DNA of 13,993 nt from Chloroflexota bacterium (lineage in GTDB: Bacteria > Chloroflexota > Dehalococcoidia > Lucifugimonadales > Lucifugimonadaceae). The notes under the pieces are model-generated. The model saw only the letters and a list, made by a program, of their open reading frames with translations, was not told the DNA's origin and did no database searches. The stretch lies in contig PBHC01000005.1 in NCBI GenBank assembly GCA_002719295.1, positions 145,721 to 159,713 of the forward strand, in the 5' to 3' direction. Made by a program: the position numbers and the translations under genes. Below are positions 7,676 to 13,993 of this stretch, piece by piece (position 1 is the first letter of the stretch; each line of letters begins with the position of its first letter).

Positions 7676-8773
7676 TCAAACGTTGAATCTGAAATATATT
7701 ACATCCCCATCTTCGACTATATAGTCTTTTCCTTCAACTCTCATTTTTCCAGCCTCTTTAGATTTTTTTTCGCCCTGAAAAGTGACGTAGTCTTTATAAC
7801 TAACAACTTCAGCTCTAATAAATCCTTTTTCAAAATCAGTATGAATTTCTCTTGCAGCTCTTGGTGCATTAGAACCTTTTGAGATAGTCCAAGCTCTAGA
7901 TTCTTCAGGGCCTGAAGTAAAATAAGTAATAAGATCAAGAAGTTTGTAGCCAGATTGTATTACTTGTTCTAATCCAGATTCCTTTAATCCCAAAGCTATT
8001 AAATATTCGTTTTTTTCTTCGTTATTTAATTGAGATATTTCAGATTCTATTTTGGCTGAAATTATAATTGAAAGAGCATCTTCTTCATTGGCAATTTCTT
8101 GTACTAATTTTGAGTACTTATTTCCAATAGTTGCATCTTCTTCTGAAACATTGCATATATAAAGTACAGGTTTACTTGTAAGTAATTGTAAGTTTTTAAA
8201 TTTAGGTTTATCAGCTTCAGAAACTTTTAATAATCTAGCTGGTTTTCCTGTACTTAATAAATCATGAACACTAGTTATGATAGGTAATAATTCTTTTGCT
8301 TCACTCTCTCCAGATTTAGCTTTTTTTTCAATTGATGGAATCCTTGATTCAATACTTTCCAGATCCGATAGCATTAATTCAGTTTCAACTATTTCGCTAT
8401 CTTGAATAGGGTTAATAGTTCCATTTACGTGAACTATATCTGGGTCTTCAAAGCATCTTATAACATACGCTATAGCATCCATTTCACGAATATTTGCAAG
8501 AAATTTGTTACCTAATCCTTCACCTTTGGATGCTCCTTTTACTAATCCTGCGATGTCTACGAATGACATTTTTGTAGGTATTATAGATTTGGAATCACTT
8601 ATAGTGGCTAATGTTTTTAAACGACTGTCTGGAATTGCAACTTCACCTACATTTGGATCGATAGTGCAGAAAGGGTAATTTTCTGCTTGAGCATTGCTAG
8701 TTTGGGTTAAGGCGTTAAATAATGTTGATTTCCCGACATTAGGCAACCCAACTATTCCACATTTAAATCCCAT
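7676..8773 (-). CDS. ychF: Redox-regulated ribosome-binding ATPase YchF (Obg family)
   Basis: GIVGLPNVGKSTLFNALT, NYPFCTIDPN, FVDIAGLVKGASKGEGLGNKFL, LITYFTSGP, IHTDFEKGFIRAE and DGDVIYFRFNV. AAGGA SD upstream. Confidence 0.98.
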   Translation of the reverse strand: MGFKCGIVGLPNVGKSTLFNALTQTSNAQAENYPFCTIDPNVGEVAIPDSRLKTLATISDSKSIIPTKMSFVDIAGLVKGASKGEGLGNKFLANIREMDAIAYVIRCFEDPDIVHVNGTINPIQDSEIVETELMLSDLESIESRIPSIEKKAKSGESEAKELLPIITSVHDLLSTGKPARLLKVSEADKPKFKNLQLLTSKPVLYICNVSEEDATIGNKYSKLVQEIANEEDALSIIISAKIESEISQLNNEEKNEYLIALGLKESGLEQVIQSGYKLLDLITYFTSGPEESRAWTISKGSNAPRAAREIHTDFEKGFIRAEVVSYKDYVTFQGEKKSKEAGKMRVEGKDYIVEDGDVIYFRFNV

Positions 8774-8857
8774 TACACTTCATCCTTATTTCTATATTAA
8801 ATATTTATAAATTCTTGCTGTTCATTTTTCTTTAAAGCATAGTCAGGATTCGAATTC

Positions 8858-9166
8858 TCATTCTTTTTCCGAATCTATATTTCTGAATTCGCCTTCAATA
8901 ATTGTTTCTTTTGTTTTTTTATTTATGTTTCTCTTAAAATCTTGAAATTTATAAACTAAGAAAGCAATAAGAATAACAAAGATATCATCCATTTGTCCTA
9001 ATAATGGGATGAAGTCCCGAATTAAGTCATATGGTGAAAGTACATATATTATTGATAATATAAAAAAGATTTTTATTTTCATTGGAACTTTAGGGTCAAA
9101 AATACTCAATATGATCTTATATGATAAATAAAATATTCTAGGTATAAATTTCATAAAATTTTTCAT
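8858..9166 (-). CDS. YkvA/DUF1232 family small membrane protein
   Basis: DPKVP..K, YVLSPYDLIRDFIPLLGQMDD signature (Y..SP.DLIPD.IP..G..DD) and a C-terminal IIEGEFR tail. Confidence 0.85.
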   Translation of the reverse strand: MKNFMKFIPRIFYLSYKIILSIFDPKVPMKIKIFFILSIIYVLSPYDLIRDFIPLLGQMDDIFVILIAFLVYKFQDFKRNINKKTKETIIEGEFRNIDSEKE

Positions 9167-9232
9167 AAAATTATAATAATATGTTATTGAATTTCATATT
9201 TAAATAATATCAATAAAAGTAAAAATTAAGTT
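9167..9232. promoter_or_regulatory. Divergent promoter region (ykvA-like / holA)
   Basis: 66-bp extremely AT-rich gap between divergently oriented genes. Individual -10/-35 boxes cannot be assigned reliably at this AT content. Confidence 0.5.
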
Positions 9233-10183
9233 TTGATTAAGCTAATACATGGTGATGATGAATTTTCATCTAAAGAATTATTAAGAGAATTTACAGGTAA
9301 AACAACTGATATAGAATCAGATGTAAATTTTCTATACTCAAACAATGTAACAGAATCAACATTCACAGAATTGGTAAACACAATGTCTTTATTTGGGGAT
9401 ATTAGAAAACTTGTGTTTTTTGATTTGATATCCAAAATAACTTCTTCTAAAAATGAACAATGGAAAGAATTTAGTGAAATTTGTATAAATAAACCAACTA
9501 TGAATGAACTTATATTTTTTGAATCTAAGGAAATAAATATTAAATCAACAAAAATAAAAAAATTTCTAGAAATAGCAGAAATGCATCTTTATAATCTTCC
9601 TACAGGTCGAGGATCATGGGAAAAAATTAGGCAATGGATTATCAATCGACAGCAAAATTATAATCTACAGCTTTCTACTGAGGCAATAAATAAACTTATA
9701 GATTTAATTGGAAATAATTATCGATATCTTGATAATGAATTATTTAAGCTAAGCAACTATAAACCTGATTCCAAGATTGAAGAAACAGATATAGAAATAA
9801 TGGTTTCAGGGATAAAAGAAACTTCTATTTTTGAACTAATTGATGCTATTTTAGAGAAAAATTTATTAAGATCAGATAAATTGATAAATGAATTCATCAA
9901 TAAAGGTCAAAATTTCTTTTCAGTTGAACAAATGTTGTCAAGGCAACTCAGGCTTATAATAATGACTCAAGATTTATTAGGATCAAAAAATAAACAAACA
10001 ATTCAAAATAAAATTCAAGTTAAATCAAATTTTGCATTTAATAAAATTCTCAATCAAGCAGAAACTTTTTCTCCAGACAGGATGAAAGAAATGTTAAAAA
10101 ATTTATTAAGCTTAGATTTAGGAATTAAAAATGGATCTAAAACAGAAAAAGATGTTATGAAGCAGTTGGTACATTTATTATGA
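9233..10183 (+). CDS. holA: DNA polymerase III subunit delta
   Basis: LIHGDDEF start, NTMSLFGDIRKLV, LIGNNYRYLDNELFKL, SIFELIDAI, RQLRLI and LLSLDLGIKNG match the HolA pattern. 316 aa, TTG start. Confidence 0.88.
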   Translation: MIKLIHGDDEFSSKELLREFTGKTTDIESDVNFLYSNNVTESTFTELVNTMSLFGDIRKLVFFDLISKITSSKNEQWKEFSEICINKPTMNELIFFESKEINIKSTKIKKFLEIAEMHLYNLPTGRGSWEKIRQWIINRQQNYNLQLSTEAINKLIDLIGNNYRYLDNELFKLSNYKPDSKIEETDIEIMVSGIKETSIFELIDAILEKNLLRSDKLINEFINKGQNFFSVEQMLSRQLRLIIMTQDLLGSKNKQTIQNKIQVKSNFAFNKILNQAETFSPDRMKEMLKNLLSLDLGIKNGSKTEKDVMKQLVHLL

Positions 10184-10962
10184 TAAAACAAAATATTTTT
10201 ATTTTATTACTATTCTTATTGTTCTCTGCTTGTTCTCAAAACTTTGATGAAACAATTGAAGAAATAACATATGAATATTCTCCAGAGGCATCTTTAGATT
10301 TGTATATTCAGGGGAATAGATTTTTAGATCAAGGTAAATATAATGAAGCTGAAAAAACTTTTGAAAAATTAATAATTATAGATCCTGAATTTTCAATGGC
10401 TTGGGAAGGATTGTCTGATGCTTCTTTGATGCAATCAGATCTTGTGAACTCTCTAGAGTTTTTAGACAAGGCATTATTTATAAATTCTTCCATTGCATCA
10501 CATAATTCTAAAAAAGCATTAGTTCTTTATTATTTAGATGATTTTGAAGCTGCGGATAGATTTTCAAATTACGCGTTAGAAATTGATATCAATGATGTCA
10601 GGGCAATTATTGTATCTGCTGCAGTAAAAGCAAATAAGGGTCTTTTGGATCAATCTAACGAACTATTTGATCGAGCATTAGAATTAGAACCTGAAGATTC
10701 ATCTATATATTACTGGAAAGCTAAAAGTTATAGAGAATACAATATAGATCTAGATAAATCTATGGACCTGATAAATAAAGCTATTGAATTAGACAGATCT
10801 GCACCTGCTTTCTATATTGAAAGAGCTTTGTTGTACTACTCTTTTGGTGATTTAGAAAATTCAGAAAATGATTTACTTGAAGCTATAGAAATTGCTAAAA
10901 ACCCAAGAAATCAAAATTTAATAGATACAGCCAAAGGGATTTTAGAAGATGTTAAAAAATAA
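10180..10962 (+). CDS. TPR-repeat lipoprotein
   Basis: Signal peptide with lipobox LFSA-C, followed by about six 34-aa TPR-like units (e.g. ...FEKLIIIDPEF, ...FDRALELEPED, ...INKAIELDR). ATGA overlap with holA. Confidence 0.85.
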   Translation: MIKQNIFILLLFLLFSACSQNFDETIEEITYEYSPEASLDLYIQGNRFLDQGKYNEAEKTFEKLIIIDPEFSMAWEGLSDASLMQSDLVNSLEFLDKALFINSSIASHNSKKALVLYYLDDFEAADRFSNYALEIDINDVRAIIVSAAVKANKGLLDQSNELFDRALELEPEDSSIYYWKAKSYREYNIDLDKSMDLINKAIELDRSAPAFYIERALLYYSFGDLENSENDLLEAIEIAKNPRNQNLIDTAKGILEDVKK

Positions 10963-11284
10963 AATAATTTTATCTGCTTTTATTTTATTTTTTATATTTT
11001 CTTGTACAAGTGATTTTTCCTATGAAGGTAGAATCATAAGTATTGATACAAATTTATCAAATGGTTTGAAATCTGTTAGCTCAATTACCTTAATCAGTGA
11101 TAAAAATGAGCAAAAAATATTTTATACTCTATCTGAAAAAAAACTTGAAGACATAAATATAGAATTTACATATTCACATATAAAATCTCATATGGAAGAG
11201 GGAAAACAAGTAAAAATTAAACATGAAGAATTAAATAACAAATTTTACATTCTTGATTTTAGATTTTCAGATCATAATCATTGA
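10949..11284 (+). CDS. Small hypothetical lipoprotein (His/Met motif)
   Basis: MLKNK plus hydrophobic stretch and lipobox IFS-C. Beta-rich body with SHIKSHM and a C-terminal DHNH. Overlaps the TPR gene by 14 nt. Confidence 0.78.
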   Translation: MLKNKIILSAFILFFIFSCTSDFSYEGRIISIDTNLSNGLKSVSSITLISDKNEQKIFYTLSEKKLEDINIEFTYSHIKSHMEEGKQVKIKHEELNNKFYILDFRFSDHNH

Positions 11285-12102
11285 TTATTAACATAATCAT
11301 AATCTTTTTGTAATTCAGAAGATTCGACAAATCCTTGGTACCTCTTATTTACGATCCCATTTTCGTCTATAAGAAATGTCCAGGGTTCAGTTTCTATGCC
11401 AAATTTTTTTACAGAATCATTTAAAATTCCTATTGATAAATCTCCTTTTTGCATAACTTCTTTAAAGTTTTTCCAGATTTCAACATGAATTATAATAGCT
11501 TCGTTATAAACTTTTGAGATTTTTTTCAATTCCTCTAATTGTGGAGAACAGGTTCCTGTAACACATAATCCAGGAGTTGAAAATGTGATGAAAAAAGGTT
11601 TTTCTTCAATTAGTGCTTTGTCTAAGCTATAAGAATAGAACTCACTTTTAGGGTTTATATCAGTAGTAATATCTGAAATTTTATATTTGTCTAATGCAGG
11701 AGTGTAAATTGGATCGATTGAATCCCCAATACCTAAGGTTTTTGAATCCTCTTTAACATTTATGGTTGCCTTTGCTCCTCCATTAGGAGATTCAACCAAA
11801 AATTCCCAATACCCTATATTATCAAAATTTATGTTTGTTACAAAAACTTTTCTGTTAGGAGGCCAATTTGAAATATTTTTACTTGTAATTTCTGTTTTAT
11901 TGTCACTTTCAAACTCTCTAAAATAAAATTTTAAATTATTTGTTAAAGTATTACCGTTTTCATCAATTACAGTCATTACAACTCTATTTTCTCCAAGTTC
12001 TAATTCTTCGGTTATTACAAACAAGGAAAGTAAATTTTCTTTTGAATCACTAGAACAATTTATAAAGATTGCAATGAATAATAAAAAAATAATTTTTCTC
12101 AT
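11278..12102 (-). CDS. Lipoprotein with C-terminal thioredoxin-like fold (Cx4C)
   Basis: Signal peptide ending FIN-C. C-terminal KPFFITFSTPGLCVTGTCSPQL, IIHVEI and TEPWTFLIDENGIV..RYQG follow the Trx/TlpA/SCO topology with the cis-Pro motif. Confidence 0.8.
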   Translation of the reverse strand: MRKIIFLLFIAIFINCSSDSKENLLSLFVITEELELGENRVVMTVIDENGNTLTNNLKFYFREFESDNKTEITSKNISNWPPNRKVFVTNINFDNIGYWEFLVESPNGGAKATINVKEDSKTLGIGDSIDPIYTPALDKYKISDITTDINPKSEFYSYSLDKALIEEKPFFITFSTPGLCVTGTCSPQLEELKKISKVYNEAIIIHVEIWKNFKEVMQKGDLSIGILNDSVKKFGIETEPWTFLIDENGIVNKRYQGFVESSELQKDYDYVNNQ

Positions 12103-13151
12103 TATTTAATTGTAAGCATATTAGTAGGATTATTTATCATCATTTTTTTGATTATTTCCTCCTCTATGCCTCTCTTTTTCATCCAAGGTACAATTCTTTT
12201 TAGTAAATGATCAAAACCATGTCCGCCATATTTTTTTAATCGGTGTTTTGTACATATATCTTGTGCTAGTAAAATTTTATTTTCAAAATTGTTTTTTATT
12301 AGAAATTCAATCATTTTGATTCTCTCATGGTCTCCTGGCATATAAGTTTCAGGAGCAAGAGGATAATATGGGCTGTCATGTCCCCACAAATCTAAATTCA
12401 AGTAAACACCAGTTTCTGCAGTTTCTTTTAAAATCGAATAATCAAATATAGTTCTGTCAATATGACCCATAACTACATTATTTAAATTTGCACCTAATCT
12501 ATCAATAAAATTAATTATTTCTAAAGGTGCATATTGATCTCTTCCAGGATGTATAAGTAAGGGTAATCCTGTAGCTTTATGGGCTAAAACAGAAGCTTCC
12601 ATAGAAATTCTTTCATTATCTGTCCAAGGCCACGAACACCCAACTTCTCCTATAATTCCAGATCTTATATCAGAATCATCAGCTCCAATTGTTATGTCTT
12701 TCATAATTGATTCGAATAAAGATTCGATTCCATCAGATGTATAATTTTTTCTTTGAGCTAATTCAACATAAAACCCTGAGCCCATAACAATATTTACACC
12801 TGTTTTAGAACTGATTTCTTTGAGTTTTTTTGCATCTCTTCCTAGGCCAATATTAGTGACATCAACTATAGTTTTTCCTCCAGAATTTTTATAATGATTT
12901 AATTCATTACAGGCATCTTCTACATTTTGATAAACAAGATTATCTTTAGATGACGCCCAATTGAATCTGACCCAACCTAAATTATCAATACTAATTTTTT
13001 CATCCATTTTTGAAATATCTTTTGAATCAATTGGTTCAGTCAAAATTGCATTAAAGTCAATTATTATATGATCATGTGTAGTAGTATTTCCAACTTCGTT
13101 GGGTTCTATTGGACCCAATACAGTCATTACTTTTCCTTGGTTTTTTTTCAT
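12102..13151 (-). CDS. Phosphotriesterase-family amidohydrolase (PTER-like)
   Basis: TVLGP, THDH (HxH), GGKTIVDVT..GLGRD, GSGFY, GIIGEVG (bridging Glu type), IHPGR, GHIDR, LLAQD, YGGHG and NP. 1-nt TAATG overlap with the downstream gene. Confidence 0.92.
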   Translation of the reverse strand: MKKNQGKVMTVLGPIEPNEVGNTTTHDHIIIDFNAILTEPIDSKDISKMDEKISIDNLGWVRFNWASSKDNLVYQNVEDACNELNHYKNSGGKTIVDVTNIGLGRDAKKLKEISSKTGVNIVMGSGFYVELAQRKNYTSDGIESLFESIMKDITIGADDSDIRSGIIGEVGCSWPWTDNERISMEASVLAHKATGLPLLIHPGRDQYAPLEIINFIDRLGANLNNVVMGHIDRTIFDYSILKETAETGVYLNLDLWGHDSPYYPLAPETYMPGDHERIKMIEFLIKNNFENKILLAQDICTKHRLKKYGGHGFDHLLKRIVPWMKKRGIEEEIIKKMMINNPTNMLTIK

Positions 13152-13154
13152 TGT

Positions 13155-13853
13155 TTAAAAATCTGGCTCCATACTAACATCTAATATTCCTATCGGTCTC
13201 CTGTCATCACAATACCATAAAATATTATTTTTAATAGTCATTCCATGAACTTGTACAGGTTCTGGCACTCTAAAGGTATCATAGACCCTTCCATCAGATA
13301 ACCTGATCTTTGAAACAACCCCCATGGCTGTATCAGCTGCCCAAATTTTACCTTCTTCCTGAGCCCAAGCAATACCATGTACTCTATAGCCTGGAACCTT
13401 TGTTCTACTTTTTTCAATCCAATTTTTTGGATCCATTATATGTATGAATTGTGATGGTGGAGATGCAATGTAAAGTAATCCGTTTTTCCATTCTAATCCA
13501 TGATCTCCAGTATTCTGAAAATTTTCTGAATCATGTTCTCTGGTTGCGTTCATTCCTTGCCCAGGAGATTCAAACTTTTCTATAGTTTCTCCTGAGCTTG
13601 AATCAATTTTATAAATTTTACAGTTATAAGTTGATGCAACCCACAAGTTCCCATCATCATCAACTGTTATTCCTGATGATTTGTCTGTTTCTGTTTCAAA
13701 AGATTTAATTATTGATCCATTGTTCCAATCTAATAAATAGGCATAATTATTTCCTTGGTCAATAACCCATAATCCTTCATCAGTAGCTTGAAGGCCATTA
13801 GGTTTTGGTCCTGGACAGTTAAATAATTGAATTGTATCTGCTATTTTGGTCAT
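13155..13853 (-). CDS. Beta-propeller protein (SMP-30/Vgb/glutaminyl-cyclase-like repeats), function unknown
   Basis: About five repeats of the form x-G-[LIM]-x-x...LW[VY]: PNGLQ..GLWVID, SSGITV..NLWVAS, DHGLEW..LLYIAS, VHGIAW..KIWAAD, VHGMTI..ILWYCD. AGGAG SD at 13864-13860. Confidence 0.8.
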   Translation of the reverse strand: MTKIADTIQLFNCPGPKPNGLQATDEGLWVIDQGNNYAYLLDWNNGSIIKSFETETDKSSGITVDDDGNLWVASTYNCKIYKIDSSSGETIEKFESPGQGMNATREHDSENFQNTGDHGLEWKNGLLYIASPPSQFIHIMDPKNWIEKSRTKVPGYRVHGIAWAQEEGKIWAADTAMGVVSKIRLSDGRVYDTFRVPEPVQVHGMTIKNNILWYCDDRRPIGILDVSMEPDF

Positions 13854-13862
13854 AATTATCTC

Positions 13863-13991
13863 CTAAAGTGATTTATACTTTTTCTTTGTGCTTTTATTAT
13901 CTATGAAGCTTTGAGATAAAGTTACTCCACACCCAATTTCAGAAGTTGCATAAGCAAATCCGTTGTTTATATCAGGAGTTTTATTAACTAT
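13863..13991 (-). CDS. C-terminal fragment of an upstream gene, probably mandelate racemase/muconate lactonizing (enolase superfamily) protein
   Basis: Open frame to the window edge: IVNKTPDINNGFAYATSEIGCGVTLSQSFIDNKSTKKKYKSL-stop. It resembles the MR/MLE C-terminal pattern P.I.dG......PGLGv.l. Its TAG overlaps the SD of the next gene. Confidence 0.5.
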   Translation of the reverse strand: MVNKTPDINNGFAYATSEIGCGVTLSQSFIDNKSTKKKYKSL

Positions 13992-13993
13992 TT

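Noticed and set aside
7741..7938. 65-aa alternative-frame ORF within ychF
   Set aside because: Out-of-frame overlap with a conserved gene and Leu/Lys-rich artefactual composition.
8795..8852. Short open frame upstream of ychF (NPDYALKKNEQQEFINI-stop) as a possible co-transferred tail of a donor gene such as pth
   Set aside because: Too short to support homology by eye.
8840..8860. TTCGAATCC on the minus strand resembling a tRNA T-loop or att-site remnant at the upstream edge of the putative foreign ychF segment
   Set aside because: No pairing T-stem, acceptor stem or cloverleaf, no matching copy at the other junction, and no integrase in the window.
9149..9172. Tandem 12-bp repeat TTTCATAAAATT x2 over the ykvA-like start
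   Set aside because: Only two copies in extremely AT-rich sequence. It simply yields two candidate ATG starts (9166, 9154), with no evidence of function.
9226..9435. 69-aa ORF antisense to holA
   Set aside because: Shadow of the holA N-terminus.
1..13993. tRNA-Sec, SECIS-bearing selenoprotein genes, CRISPR arrays, IS elements and intrinsic terminators
   Set aside because: Intergenic gaps are tiny or already explained. Other TGA stops (8858, 10183, 11278, 11284) fall at natural protein ends or gene overlaps. No GC-rich hairpins or regularly spaced repeats were seen by eye.

Overview
Very AT-rich, tightly packed bacterial chromosomal segment. Gene content and protein style suggest a streamlined marine Chloroflexota (Dehalococcoidia/SAR202-like) genome; this is inference from recall, not a search result. 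Layout: rplS(5'-truncated)-def-secD-secF (+) converges on a minus-strand run ykvA-like, ychF, conserved hypothetical, hemW, selB. Divergently, holA, a TPR lipoprotein and a small lipoprotein (+) converge on a minus-strand run of an enolase-superfamily C-terminal fragment, a beta-propeller protein, a PTER-like amidohydrolase and a thioredoxin-fold lipoprotein. No rRNA, tRNA, CRISPR or IS elements were seen. The main unannotated signal is a frameshifted remnant of a second, divergent ychF 3' end (7462-7648) directly behind an intact, alphaproteobacterial-looking ychF, consistent with in-situ xenologous gene replacement. Other notable points: a 162-aa insertion in SecD made of two modules resembling the SecF periplasmic domain, a stand-alone selB with a P-loop D-to-N change and a clipped C-terminus, and a bacterial protein closely resembling animal PTER (N-acetyltaurine hydrolase).
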